53,796 nucleotides of DNA, taken from positions 1 through 53,796 of the forward strand of contig JBBCAX010000167.1 in assembly GCA_051382335.1 (NCBI GenBank). The letters run 5' to 3'. How positions within the stretch are numbered: the stretch's first letter is position 1; each line of letters starts with the position of its first letter. A program made the position numbers and the translations under genes. Shown here in pieces: positions 39,501 through 49,441 of the stretch. The notes beneath the pieces are model-generated. The model was not told where the DNA came from. It saw only the letters and a list, made by a program, of their open reading frames with translations, and searched no databases. The DNA comes from Deltaproteobacteria bacterium TL4 (GTDB taxonomy: Bacteria > SAR324 > NAC60-12).

Positions 39501-41333
39501 AGCAAAACCCTGTTGCTTAAAGCGGCCTTTAATCACATGCACATCTTTTTAGACCCCAACCCTGAGCCTCAGGTCAGTTGGCAAGAACGAAAGCGTCTTT
39601 TTGATTTACCACGATCCACCTGGAAAGATTATTCCTCTGATTTAATCAGTGAAGGTGGCGGTGTCTTTGACCGTAAGGCCAAGGAAATTCATTTATCTCC
39701 TCAAATAAAAGAGATCTTGGGCGTAGATCGTGATGTCATGAACGGAGAGGAGATGACAAGAGCAATTTTGTGTATGGAGATCAATCTTTTCTGGTTCGGA
39801 GGAATTGGTACCTACATTAAAACCCCCTCACAATCTCAATTAAGCGTCGGAGATCAAACCAACAACGCGATACGTATTGATTACAACCTTTGCAAAGCGA
39901 AGGTGATTGGAGAAGGGGCAAACCTGGGACTGACTCAATTGGCCAGGATTGAATTCAACAGCCGCGGAGGACGGATCAACACGGATGCCATCGACAATTC
40001 CGCGGGTGTGAATATGTCGGATTATGAGGTGAATATCAAAATTTTACTTCAACAGATGTTGAGAGAAGGCCATCTAAAATCCCTTGAGGAACGCAATCAA
40101 GTCTTGGCTAAAGCCACAAATGAAGTCTCAGAACTGGTACTCGCCAACAACCGGGGACAACATCGACTGATTTCTGAAGATACCTTTCGCTCCAAACGAC
40201 ATTTTAAAGTCTTTCGAAATCTTATCGCCTATCTCGTCCAGAAAGGCATGAATGCTCGAAGTGAATTTATCCCAGAGAGTGAGGATCTTGATAAACTGGA
40301 ACACTTTTCGCTCCCTATGCCGCGTCCTGTTATCGCAGTATTACAGGCCTATGTCAAAATGGGAGTTTATAACACGCTGCTTGAATCGAAACTGATTTTA
40401 GATCCTTATCTCAATACACTTTATGGAGAATATTTCCCAGACTCCATTCTGAAGCGGTTTGGTGAACATATCTACAATCACCAACTGAAAAATGAAATTG
40501 TGGCTACCATGCTAACGAATCAAATCGTGAATCAGGCGGGTTGTACCTTTTATTATCGTATCCAGCAATTTACAGGGAAAACCGTAGAAGAGATCACCTG
40601 TGCTTATATTATTATTTTTGAAAGTATGCGTGGAAAACAGTTTCATCAAGTGATTGATGAGGCCGAAGGCGTGCGTGAGGAGGATAAGTTCCTCGCACTG
40701 GTTAGTTTCCAGGATGTGGTGCATGTCTTGGTACAAAATCTATTAAAAACAGCTACCCATACTTTGAGCTTTCAATTAATCGAAGAATACCGGACCCTGT
40801 TAGAAGCACTGATCAGTAATATTCAGACCCATTATCAACAGACCTTACGAAGCAAGAGCGCGTTTTGGCAACAAAAAAACTTCACTCAGGAGCTTGCTGA
40901 ACGGATCGCCGCTATTCATCTGTTGGAAAGTGCCCCAGATGTGATTTATCTTCATGAAAAGAAAAAAATTGATATCCCCAATGCCTGGAACCTTGCGGTT
41001 GTGATTGAAGATATCTTTGGGTTTCGATGGCTCAAAGAGCAAGTCTATATGGTTGTCCTCAATACGGATTGGGATTTATCCCACCAGGATATCCTCTTGC
41101 AAAGTATTGAATCCTATAAAATCCAGATGATGAAATATCTCATCAACACCCACGAAACTTCTGAATTGGTCCAACTTAAAGGGGATCGATTGATTGCTCC
41201 GTTACGAAAACGGTTTCCGTTTCCGTTGGATGCTTATTTTCAGACACTGGCGCAACTCAAAACAGGCACACCTGTTACATTAACCACATTGACCGTCAGT
41301 ATCAACCGGTTGAATTTTATAGTGTCAATTTAA
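36516..41333 (+). CDS. gdhB: Large NAD-specific glutamate dehydrogenase
   Basis: 1605 aa; ARGGLRWSDR, KNVVIVP.GSKGGF, YLVVAADKGTATFSD, GDAFASGGS, GDMSGDVFGNGML, GEGANLG and NTDAIDNSAGV motifs. Confidence 0.96.
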   Translation: MGIKAFMAKASQFLNTINPADHIISLLPKDSLLIQFSEIYLQSISERTQRALNPELLAKFIEKRYQFFRQTLSERSLFRVDHGADHGVENRTVIEMGYCDTPYAILTVENLFKEKKLRVTRKIHLVLGVKYNREGQLTSILKASESVERYLVFYAEIEEMGDPELMEQLQLRLELHAIAVQLSNQHQEPIRQRLLTLKPGILKVKKNLTEPPEEWCHLIDWLHDNNMSFFGAISLVESANNRIEEMQVLPDSGLGILSESYLKLEQSKLLATLKAHSWNEIKNTAPFVFDLVRIQSPVQRFENLMRLSIRLANKEHGEIHYIFVGLLKMTSMQAKDIETPIIRLKMQHCFNAKNMLPGSYAYNELIRNFANTPKFELFRTSASELMRIFDDLQSIINTDQIHCFGQNIPRQHLLKLMIVMPNYLFTDQSIQAILNHLKFQISHSDYEIIEIRGNEKSRLHLYFDLLGDGVWKVDLERMEAELSDLVQPWQEQVRDVLYQQYPGNLGIQLFQRYIPLMPSHYRVRTSPKDAVRDLTYLDSLAHEGGIRTNMVTFSQESYLAGKASLLYVYSIKKIDLIHIMPVLLNMGLYVIDQLTARLGNSDKTCGFVLTFRVQAKDGKRIDEAQYKQLLGDILKEVFNGRTENDPLNGLALAAKLNWRAINVIQLYRNLYLQLGAHFSSSKINQTLLSHPVSSRILFDTFEQKFSIEPSYGSLEYRQEVTLPQQKQRFFDSLEEVDDISDDLILRSLFNLILQTLRTNFYIPKSGSETFISIKLDSKQIENIPVPAPYREIYVHDVGMEGLHLRFGAVARGGLRWSDRLDDFRTEILGLVKTQQIKNVVIVPVGSKGGFIVKNIPTPREEIAAESQKQYRILISALLDITDNVDSNGQVTHPNHVLTYDDKDPYLVVAADKGTATFSDIANSISQKYNFWLGDAFASGGSVGYDHKKEAITARGAWECVKLHFKEMGKDIQTEITTVAGIGDMSGDVFGNGMLLSKTLLLKAAFNHMHIFLDPNPEPQVSWQERKRLFDLPRSTWKDYSSDLISEGGGVFDRKAKEIHLSPQIKEILGVDRDVMNGEEMTRAILCMEINLFWFGGIGTYIKTPSQSQLSVGDQTNNAIRIDYNLCKAKVIGEGANLGLTQLARIEFNSRGGRINTDAIDNSAGVNMSDYEVNIKILLQQMLREGHLKSLEERNQVLAKATNEVSELVLANNRGQHRLISEDTFRSKRHFKVFRNLIAYLVQKGMNARSEFIPESEDLDKLEHFSLPMPRPVIAVLQAYVKMGVYNTLLESKLILDPYLNTLYGEYFPDSILKRFGEHIYNHQLKNEIVATMLTNQIVNQAGCTFYYRIQQFTGKTVEEITCAYIIIFESMRGKQFHQVIDEAEGVREEDKFLALVSFQDVVHVLVQNLLKTATHTLSFQLIEEYRTLLEALISNIQTHYQQTLRSKSAFWQQKNFTQELAERIAAIHLLESAPDVIYLHEKKKIDIPNAWNLAVVIEDIFGFRWLKEQVYMVVLNTDWDLSHQDILLQSIESYKIQMMKYLINTHETSELVQLKGDRLIAPLRKRFPFPLDAYFQTLAQLKTGTPVTLTTLTVSINRLNFIVSI

Positions 41334-41479
41334 TAAAATGATCGCGTTTTTGGAACTCATACCCCTCAAAGAACGCATCGTCTTGAATTTTGAGCATCAA
41401 ACATTACGATGAGACTTTAGTCTGTACTTAACGACTGGCTTAAGGTTTTTTAAGCGCAACTCTCTTTTTGAAAGGTAAT

Positions 41480-42907
41480 ATGATTGGAATGATTCTCGCT
41501 GGAGGTAGCGGCAGCAGACTTTGGCCTTATAGCCGGACAATGAGTCCAAAACAATTTCTTAACTTGGGTTCCACGCATGAATCTTTGCTTCAAGATACCT
41601 ACAAACGATTAACGAAGGTGGTTCAGCCTCAGGATGTTTATATCGTTGGTGCCAAGGCTCATGAATATGAGTTGATTCATCAAATGGATGAGATTTCCTC
41701 TGATTTTAAAAAGGAGCATTTGTTATTGGAACCTATGGGACGCAATACGGCGCCCGCTATTTTGTGGGGGCTCTTGCAGATTCCCGAAGATCAACGGAAT
41801 GAGGCCGTTGTGATTCTGCCGGCGGATCACCTCATTGCCGCGGAAAAACAGTTCATTAAAGCGTTGCTCGAAGCAGAAGCGTTGACGCATGAAGGGTGGC
41901 TGGTGACTTTTGGTATCCGACCTGATCGTCCTGAAACCGGTTATGGTTATATTAAAGCGGGAACCCCCCTCAGTGTTGGTTATCGCGTGGAAAAATTTGT
42001 AGAAAAGCCTGATCTTGCTACAGCAAAAGAATATATTCAGTCGGATGCCTACACTTGGAATGCTGGTATTTTTATGGCAACAGCAACTATGTTATTAGGT
42101 GAATATCGTGCCTATGCTGAAGCCCTGTATGATACATTTCATGAAGTTCAAAGCACAGAACAAAATCTTCTGGAAATAAAAAACATCTCCAAAGTTTATG
42201 CTAAAATCCCTTCAGATTCGATTGATTATGCTATTTTGGAAAAATCTCAAAAAGTCGCAATTTTACCTGTGGACATGGAGTGGAGTGATTTGGGCAGTTG
42301 GGAAGGAATCCATCAAGTCTCTGAAAAAGATGAAAACGGCAATGTTACTCGGGGAAATGTTATCTCAAGAGATACCAAAAACTGTTTAATTTTTACCACT
42401 AAAAAACTCGTAACCAGTATTGGCGTGGAGGATCTGATCATTGTTGAAACTGATGATGCGTTACTGGTATGCGATATGAAACGCTCACAAGATGTCAAGA
42501 ATCTGGTTGAGACGCTTAAACAGGAAGACCGCTATGAATATAAATTCCATACAACGGTTATGAGACCTTGGGGGAGTTATACGGTATTACATGAAACACC
42601 TCATTTCAAAATTGTCATCATGGAGCTTTTGCCTGGGCGCCGTATGTCACTTCAACGGCATCGACATCGTAATGAACATTGGGTCGTCGCTCATGGAACG
42701 GCAGATGTTATTTGTGGCAAGGAATCGCTGCTCTTATCGGAAAATGAATCCATCCGTGTGCCTCAAACTGTGATTCACCGCTTGGGAAATTCAGGAAAAA
42801 TTCCGCTCAATGTCATTGAAATCCAACATGGTGCTTATTTGGGGCTTGACGATATTGAACGGTTCGCTGACGATTTTGGACAGGAAACGATAGAAGTGTC
42901 ACCATGA
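41480..42907 (+). CDS. manC: Mannose-1-phosphate guanylyltransferase / mannose-6-phosphate isomerase
   Basis: LAGGSGSRLWP.SR...PKQF, EP.GRNTAPA, FVEKP, WSDLGSW and C-terminal cupin RPWG...SLQRH..R.EHW motifs. Confidence 0.96.
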   Translation: MIGMILAGGSGSRLWPYSRTMSPKQFLNLGSTHESLLQDTYKRLTKVVQPQDVYIVGAKAHEYELIHQMDEISSDFKKEHLLLEPMGRNTAPAILWGLLQIPEDQRNEAVVILPADHLIAAEKQFIKALLEAEALTHEGWLVTFGIRPDRPETGYGYIKAGTPLSVGYRVEKFVEKPDLATAKEYIQSDAYTWNAGIFMATATMLLGEYRAYAEALYDTFHEVQSTEQNLLEIKNISKVYAKIPSDSIDYAILEKSQKVAILPVDMEWSDLGSWEGIHQVSEKDENGNVTRGNVISRDTKNCLIFTTKKLVTSIGVEDLIIVETDDALLVCDMKRSQDVKNLVETLKQEDRYEYKFHTTVMRPWGSYTVLHETPHFKIVIMELLPGRRMSLQRHRHRNEHWVVAHGTADVICGKESLLLSENESIRVPQTVIHRLGNSGKIPLNVIEIQHGAYLGLDDIERFADDFGQETIEVSP

Positions 42908-45138
42908 TTTTTAACAAAAACAGCGGCATTCAAAATATCATAACGCACCCCTTATTTCTCATGTTGCTCTTTATAGGGTTGGGGTGGGTTGCTTATTATG
43001 ATACCCTTGACGGGGTTTTCTTTTTTGATGATGTTCGAATTACCAACCAGTCCTTTATTATTCATTTCAAAGATACTAAAAGAGAGTTTTTCAGCGCTCC
43101 GTATTTGCCTTCAAGGACCGTTGTCAACCTCTCTTTTTCACTCAACTACTATCTTCACCAACTGGACGTTCGAGGTTATCATATTGTTAATATCACGCTG
43201 CATGGTCTTAACGGTTTTTGGGTCTATATCTTGATTCTGCAACTTTGGCGAAATCTTTATCAAAAAAATTTGAGTTCCACTGAACTAATTCCCGCTTATG
43301 TGAAATGGGCGTCCCTCAGCTCAGCCGCAATCTTTGTGACACATCCTTTAATGTCCGCTTGTGTCAACTATATCATTCAACGCTATACTGAATTATCCAC
43401 CACCTTCTACCTCTTGGCGTTTTTCACTTATTTACGTTGGAGAGACGGAGACACACGAAGACCCCTTCTCTGGTTTTGTGGAACCCTCTTCCTTTGCTGG
43501 ATCGCTTACCGTTCCAAAGAAATCACGATCACCCTGCCCATCCTGTTTTTACTCTATGAGTGTCTCGCAAAAATCAATGATAGCAAAGCCATGAGACCCT
43601 TGCTTTTAAAAGCGATGATTCCACTAACTGGGTTGATTTTTTTTGCGTTTGTTTACTTGTCTCAAGTGCTTGATTTAGTCAAAATCGTTCAAAAAGCCCC
43701 ACCATGGTGGACCCCTTGGGTTCATGCGCAAACCATTGTGCAAACACTGGTCTATTATTGGAAATTATTGATTCTGCCTCTGCCACAATGGATGAGTATT
43801 GATCATGCGTTCGATGTCCCTCAGCATGTGCTGGAAGCTCAAACGATCCTGTCCTTGTGTCTTCACTTGGGATTGGCCGTGGGCGGATGGAAACTCGCTC
43901 AAAAACGTTATTATTTGAGTGCCTTGGGAATTGGCTGGTTTTATATCACGCTCAGTCCCTACGTCCTCATTCCTGAAATGGATGTGCTTGTAGATCATAA
44001 AGCTTATCTTCCCGCTGTGGGAGTCATGATGATTCTCACCGATGGTTGGCTCTTCCTGTTTCAAAAGTTTCGGTGGCCTTTCAACGCAGGACTCATTGGC
44101 GGACTCCTTTTGTTGGGGATTGCCGGAGTATGGACACGGAGTGAGGTGTACCAGAGTCCCTTAGCCTTGTGGCATGATGCCGTACAGAAAGCGCCTAACA
44201 AAGCACGTGTTTACGCGGGTCGCAGCTCTGCTTACCTTGAGTTGGAACGCTATGATCTTGCAATTGCGGATATAAATAATGCTCTGGTGAAGGACCCGCA
44301 GTTTTACAACCATTACTTTATTCGTGGAAGTATCTACCATAAAATGGAGCAGTTTGAGCATGCGTTGGAGGATTATACAACGGCTTTAAATTTGAATCCT
44401 GCCGCTCATCAAATTCTCAATAACAGAGCCCTGGTTTATATTGCCACATCCCAGCATAAACAGGCACTCGATGACCTTAACCACGCCATTGAATTTGAGG
44501 AAAACGCGATTTACCTCAATAATCGCTCCATTGTTCATTTATTATTGAAACAATTTGCTCAAGCGGTACACGATCGTCAATACGCCCTTCAACTTCATCC
44601 CGAAAAAGCAGAGGAATACGCGAAGCAATACGTAAAACAATATGATATTATTTTTCACAAGGAATATGACGAAAAAATCAAACAAAGCCAAGTTCCAGAG
44701 GAACTTTATAAAGAAAGAAGCTGGATTTATTTTGAGCTTAAAGAATACAAACTAGCCTTGGAAGATTTGAACCAAGCGATCCGCTTAAAACCTGAGACTC
44801 CACTTATCTTACAACGAGGAATGATTTACAGAGAGCTGAACGATGATTCAAACGCGATTCTTGATTTTACAAAAGTCCTTGAAAAAGAACCTACGGCAAG
44901 GATTTATGGGCTCAGAGGAAACCACTATTTACGACTCAAGGCCTTGGAACAGGCGATTGCCGATTATACAGCAGCCACTCAACAACAACCCAATCTTCCA
45001 CAAGCTTTTCTGGAAAGAGGGCAAGCTTATTATCAACAAGGACACAGGGACAAAGCTTGCCAGGATTGGAAACAAGCATGCGCTCTGGGAAGTTGCAAAG
45101 TCTATCATTTAATGCTGCAATCAGAGGCCTGCCAGTAA
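42904..45138 (+). CDS. TMTC-like multi-pass membrane protein with TPR repeats (putative GT-C glycosyltransferase)
   Basis: First-loop FFFDD, YHIVN..LH, F.THP, SKE, YLP.VG, followed by many TPR repeats; ATGA overlap with manC. Confidence 0.82.
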   Translation: MIFNKNSGIQNIITHPLFLMLLFIGLGWVAYYDTLDGVFFFDDVRITNQSFIIHFKDTKREFFSAPYLPSRTVVNLSFSLNYYLHQLDVRGYHIVNITLHGLNGFWVYILILQLWRNLYQKNLSSTELIPAYVKWASLSSAAIFVTHPLMSACVNYIIQRYTELSTTFYLLAFFTYLRWRDGDTRRPLLWFCGTLFLCWIAYRSKEITITLPILFLLYECLAKINDSKAMRPLLLKAMIPLTGLIFFAFVYLSQVLDLVKIVQKAPPWWTPWVHAQTIVQTLVYYWKLLILPLPQWMSIDHAFDVPQHVLEAQTILSLCLHLGLAVGGWKLAQKRYYLSALGIGWFYITLSPYVLIPEMDVLVDHKAYLPAVGVMMILTDGWLFLFQKFRWPFNAGLIGGLLLLGIAGVWTRSEVYQSPLALWHDAVQKAPNKARVYAGRSSAYLELERYDLAIADINNALVKDPQFYNHYFIRGSIYHKMEQFEHALEDYTTALNLNPAAHQILNNRALVYIATSQHKQALDDLNHAIEFEENAIYLNNRSIVHLLLKQFAQAVHDRQYALQLHPEKAEEYAKQYVKQYDIIFHKEYDEKIKQSQVPEELYKERSWIYFELKEYKLALEDLNQAIRLKPETPLILQRGMIYRELNDDSNAILDFTKVLEKEPTARIYGLRGNHYLRLKALEQAIADYTAATQQQPNLPQAFLERGQAYYQQGHRDKACQDWKQACALGSCKVYHLMLQSEACQ

Positions 45139-45159
45139 CAGCAACCAGCGTATTTTCAA

Positions 45160-45690
45160 CTATCTGAAAATCAACTTGATTCCAAGATCATCGGGTGAAA
45201 TCTCTATGTCGGTGGCAACCGTTGTTATGGAAGCATGTCCCCGTCCTTTAGACGAGACCAATAAGCCAGGCTTGCTATGCCTGTATTCTCCAGGGAATAG
45301 TTGATACGCATCATTCCAGCCGTCGACTACTGAGGGATTTTTGGTGTAAGGGCCATTCCAGCCATCTTGGGTGGAACTACAACTAAAAAACAATTGCTCC
45401 CATGCTGGATCAACAGAACTGGTCCCCGCACTGGAAGGTCCTTGACCACAAACGGTATTGTTGGGAGCCAGAGGAAATTTTCTGGTATCCATAACGAAGG
45501 TATGAATCGCGTTTCCAAGCTCATCCATTTCAACCTGTGTTTTCGTCCTCTTCCCACGGTCAAGATAACCTTTGATGAAAGGAACGGCTGTTGCGGACAT
45601 AATCCCAATGACCGCAATGGCAATCACCAGTTCCACCAGACTAAAGCCTTTAAATCGTAATATGTTTCTTCGGATTCTTGTCTTTTTCAT
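45160..45690 (-). CDS. Type IV pilin / GspG-like pseudopilin
   Basis: KG|FSLVE prepilin cleavage site, hydrophobic helix, WNGPY and DGW...Y GspG-like motifs. Confidence 0.88.
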   Translation of the reverse strand: MKKTRIRRNILRFKGFSLVELVIAIAVIGIMSATAVPFIKGYLDRGKRTKTQVEMDELGNAIHTFVMDTRKFPLAPNNTVCGQGPSSAGTSSVDPAWEQLFFSCSSTQDGWNGPYTKNPSVVDGWNDAYQLFPGEYRHSKPGLLVSSKGRGHASITTVATDIEISPDDLGIKLIFR

Positions 45691-45856
45691 ACGTTACCTC
45701 TGTGTCTCATAACTCAATATCTCATCTTCTCTATCCATTGTAAAGTATTTGATACCTTAAGTTCAACAAGAAAACCAAAAAACATGAGCAACCATAGACT
45801 CAGGGATGTAGGGAAATCAAAAAGCGCAAAAAGAAGGGAAGTTAGAGAAGAAAAGC

Positions 45857-45895
45857 AAAAAAAAAAAGACAGGCCTGCCAAGCAAACCTGTCTTT
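45857..45895 (-). terminator. Rho-independent terminator after the upstream pilin
   Basis: Minus strand AAAGACAGGTTTGC-TTG-GCAGGCCTGTC followed by a long T-run. Confidence 0.8.
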
Positions 45896-45919
45896 AGAAA
45901 AATTAAAGCATAACCCAGG

Positions 45920-46345
45920 CTATTGCCACGTTACGATCTGAGAGAAAAGCGTATTCGCTGAAGCGGCCAGTTGGATTCCACACGTGCTGGTTGACAGACA
46001 TCCGAATTTTACGTTGGTGCCATCAAAAGTCGCATAATAGGAAGCATCACCCCAAGGGTCAGTCGTGGCCTGAAAATATTTGGTGATAGTCGGATGCCCA
46101 GAAATATCGGCCCCAACACCCCATGTTGTAGGCTCTTCTCCATAGTTGTCGGTAATTGCCGCGTTAATCGCGCCTTTTAACGATTCCAATTCTGATTTGG
46201 CACGGTTCAATTTACTTTTGTCCATCGTTCCTTTAATCAAGGGAACAGCCGCTGCGGACATAATACCAATCACCGCAACCGCGATCACAATCTCTACTAA
46301 ACTAAAACCACCCCTTCGGCGTTTCGTTCGGTTTTGAACTAACAT
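45920..46345 (-). CDS. Type IV pilin (candidate major pilin)
   Basis: GG|FSLVE cleavage motif, DPWG, C-terminal Cys pair; strong GAGGAG RBS and its own terminator. Confidence 0.88.
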   Translation of the reverse strand: MLVQNRTKRRRGGFSLVEIVIAVAVIGIMSAAAVPLIKGTMDKSKLNRAKSELESLKGAINAAITDNYGEEPTTWGVGADISGHPTITKYFQATTDPWGDASYYATFDGTNVKFGCLSTSTCGIQLAASANTLFSQIVTWQ

Positions 46346-46533
46346 ATCGTTCTCCTCTAACAAGAATTATTGTTTTTATTGATTCGGGGAATTATTTTCA
46401 ACAGCGAAAACATAGCCCCTGGGGTTGGGTAGCAAAAGTTCAACCCACTTACGAAAAGTTGTATCGACAATATTTCCTTTCGTCAAGGTTTTTTTAAAAA
46501 AAGTAAAAAGGAGTGTTTTAAGACGAAATTTGT

Positions 46534-47025
46534 TTACGTTTCTTCTGCTCCTCTTGCCATAATGAGTTTTCCAGAACGCACCATCTCAATAATTCCGATG
46601 GAGCTTAATAACCGTTCCAGAGCATCAATTTTGGAGGTGTTGCCTGTGCTTTCTATAATTACTGAGGTTTCCGTGATATCAATTGTTTTTGCTCGAAATA
46701 CCTCAACAATTTGAAAGACATCGGAGCGCTTGTCACTATCTGTTCTTACTTTAAAAAGAGCGAATTCTTTTTCTACAGAATTTTCTGACTGATGGTGTAC
46801 CGCATGTACCACATCAACCAGTTTGTTGATTTGCCTGAGTATTTGATCAAAAGTTTCGGGTTCTCCTTGCGCAACAACAGTCATTCTCGAAAAGTTAGGG
46901 TCATGCGAAGGCGAAACGACCAGTGAGTCGACGTTATAAGCCCGTCGCGCAAACGTTTGGGCCAGGCGTACCAAAACGCCCGGTTTGTTGTTGACTAAGA
47001 TGCTGATTGTATATTTGGTTTCCAT
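46534..47025 (-). CDS. ilvN: Acetolactate synthase small subunit
   Basis: ISILVNNKPGVL.R...F.RR.YN..SL, QINKLVDV and EMVRSG motifs. Confidence 0.95.
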   Translation of the reverse strand: METKYTISILVNNKPGVLVRLAQTFARRAYNVDSLVVSPSHDPNFSRMTVVAQGEPETFDQILRQINKLVDVVHAVHHQSENSVEKEFALFKVRTDSDKRSDVFQIVEVFRAKTIDITETSVIIESTGNTSKIDALERLLSSIGIIEMVRSGKLIMARGAEET

Positions 47026-47041
47026 AATCTATTTCCGTTGG

Positions 47042-47180
47042 AATTATTCGCTGTCGCGAAATAGGTATTCGCTGTCGGGGGTAAGGTCTTCGCACATTAA
47101 AACCCGTGATACCAGTCCAAGTGTCAAACCAGGATCGGACTGCTAAAGGTCAAAAGTTAACTAAGCGACAGCGATGAATT
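47042..47180. repeat. Inverted-repeat-bounded insert between ilvB and ilvN
   Basis: AATTATTCGCTGTCGC ... GCGACAGCGATGAATT, plus a direct copy TATTCGCTGTCG at 47066. Confidence 0.5.
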
Positions 47181-47188
47181 ATTTGGTT

Positions 47189-48898
47189 TTAGGTACTACC
47201 TGTCGGTTTTTCTAACTTGACACCTGCCGCAGGTTCTTCAATCATGATTTCTGAAAGTGAAGCTCCTGCGGGAACCATTGGAAAGACATTATCGGCCTTA
47301 ACCACTACAGCCTCAATGATACACGGGCCATCATTATACGCTAAGGCTTTTTTCAGGACTTTTCGGACATCCCCTGTGCGTCGGAGATGAAAACCTTTGA
47401 TGCCATAAGCCTCTCCAAGTTTGACAAAATCAGGATTTCCCTCCAAATCCACACCACTGAGCCGATTTTCAAAAAACAAGGTTTGCCACTGTCTCACCAT
47501 TCCCAAATAACGGTTATTGATGATGATGATTTTAATGGGTGTCTTATTGATCGCCGCCGTCGCAAGTTCGGCTTGAGTCATTTGAAATCCGCCATCACCC
47601 ACTATGGCAACAACCGTTTTATTAGGGACTCCCAATTGAGCGCCAATAGCCGCGGGAACACCAAAACCCATGGTTCCCGCACCACCGCTGGAAAGCCATT
47701 GCCTTTCAAAGGAGCACCGATAGAATTGTGCGGCCCACATTTGATGTTGTCCGACATCCGTTGCGACAATCGCTTTACCTTGTGTTAGATTGTAGATTTC
47801 GTCGATCACATGTTGTGCACGGAGTCCCCCTCGTTTCGGATATTTTAAAGGATATTTCTTCTTCCAACCTTCGATGCTCTTTAGCCAGTCTTTGGTGTCC
47901 AAACGATGAACATGCGGGAGAAGATCTTGTAAGACGAGTTTCGCATCGCCACAGACACTGACCTCGGGTTTAATGATTTTTCCAAACTCCGCAGGATCAA
48001 TATCGATATGAATTTTTATCGCATGGGGACAAAAAGCCTCTAGTTTTCCTGTGATTCGATCATCCCAGCGAGCGCCAATCGCCATGATTAAATCACAATC
48101 GACTACGGCCTTATTCGCATAAACGGTTCCATGCATTCCCAGCATTCCCACTGATAACGGGTGTGTTTCAGGAAACGCACCCTTACCTAACAAGGTCGTT
48201 GTTACGGGGGCTTGGAGCTTTTCTGCCAGCTTGAGGACCATGGTGGAGGCTCCGGAAATGACTGCGCCATTTCCCACATAGAGCAAAGGACGTTTTGATT
48301 CACCCAAGAAATCGGCAACTTTGATAATATCTTCGGTTTTCCCCTTAGAGGGAATATGGTACCCCGGCAAATTAATCTTTTCCGGAAAGGTGGCATTACA
48401 TTGGGCGGAAATGACATCTTTGGGCAAATCTACTAATACCGGACCTGGGCGGCCTGTTGTTGCAATATGAAAGGCTTCTTTCATCACCCGTGGAAGATCG
48501 TCAACATTTTGTACCAGATAATTATGCTTCACCACAGGCATACTGACCCCAAAGGTATCGCCTTCTTGAAAGGCATCCTTTCCCAGGTTGGGCGTAATGG
48601 TTTGGCCTGTTAACACGACTAACGGGACAGAATCCATTTGAGCGGTTAACAACCCGGTGATCGTGTTCGTGGCACCTGGCCCTGAAGTGACGAGAACCAC
48701 TCCGGGCTTTCCCGTGGCGCGAGCGTATCCGTCCGCCATATGAGTTCCGCCTTGTTCATGACGAACCAAGATCAGCTTAATTGAGGGTTCATCTAAAATT
48801 GCATCAAAAATAGGCATACAGGAACCACCGGGATATCCAAAAATATATTCCACACCTTCTCTTTTTAATGCCTCAATGATTACTTGAGAACCGTTCAT
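47189..48898 (-). CDS. ilvB: Acetolactate synthase large subunit (biosynthetic)
   Basis: [33 protein letters not shown] and GDGGFQM motifs. Confidence 0.97.
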   Translation of the reverse strand: MNGSQVIIEALKREGVEYIFGYPGGSCMPIFDAILDEPSIKLILVRHEQGGTHMADGYARATGKPGVVLVTSGPGATNTITGLLTAQMDSVPLVVLTGQTITPNLGKDAFQEGDTFGVSMPVVKHNYLVQNVDDLPRVMKEAFHIATTGRPGPVLVDLPKDVISAQCNATFPEKINLPGYHIPSKGKTEDIIKVADFLGESKRPLLYVGNGAVISGASTMVLKLAEKLQAPVTTTLLGKGAFPETHPLSVGMLGMHGTVYANKAVVDCDLIMAIGARWDDRITGKLEAFCPHAIKIHIDIDPAEFGKIIKPEVSVCGDAKLVLQDLLPHVHRLDTKDWLKSIEGWKKKYPLKYPKRGGLRAQHVIDEIYNLTQGKAIVATDVGQHQMWAAQFYRCSFERQWLSSGGAGTMGFGVPAAIGAQLGVPNKTVVAIVGDGGFQMTQAELATAAINKTPIKIIIINNRYLGMVRQWQTLFFENRLSGVDLEGNPDFVKLGEAYGIKGFHLRRTGDVRKVLKKALAYNDGPCIIEAVVVKADNVFPMVPAGASLSEIMIEEPAAGVKLEKPTGST

Positions 48899-49170
48899 GT
48901 TTTCCTTTATTAAATTAGGAGGTGATCATTCATCACCAGATTTGAATCAATTTACTAGAGTTTTTGAGATAAAACACCGTGTTATGTTAACAATACACAA
49001 TTCAAATAGCATGTTCAAGAAATATCGTGCAACTTTTTTGAAATAAAACGAGATAGAAATAGAAAATTCTATATATAGTGCATTTTATGATCATTAATTT
49101 TGATTTAGTGAGGCGATCTTGTGAATTTGATGCAAATTTGTAATTTTTTTAGCAAAAATGTGTTTATTGT

Positions 49171-49357
49171 GGCCCCTGTTTCGGACAAGGCACGACTTCT
49201 CGTAATCCTAAATCGTGGGGAAATATACCAATATTCTGCTCCGGAACTCATGTGTTTTGAATTGTTGCATTGACACCTTGAGTACGGTGAATTAAACTTG
49301 GCGGAGCGCTATTTTTGCAGCGTCATCCCTGAAAAGACAGAAAGGACAAGTAGGGCC
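49171..49357. ncRNA. Candidate structured non-coding RNA (possibly 6S-like)
   Basis: ~187-nt relatively GC-rich block in an AT-rich spacer, closed by GGCCC/GGGCC, with TGGGGA/TCCCTG and GCTCCG/CGGAGC stems flanking an internal bubble. Hand folding only. Confidence 0.25.
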
Positions 49358-49441
49358 TCCCTATTACGCTGGCATGATGAAAATTAAGGTTTCAAGCATT
49401 AATGTAATTTTCATCGTCCCCATCTCATGCCAAAGGAGCAT

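Noticed and set aside
46365..46460. c-di-GMP riboswitch upstream of the pilin
   Set aside because: The GEMM consensus elements were not found by eye.
49364..49414. ilv attenuator leader peptide MKITLMLETLIFIMPA (minus strand)
   Set aside because: About 470 bp from ilvB, no Val codons, no clear terminator after it, and explainable as a by-product of an AT-rich hairpin.
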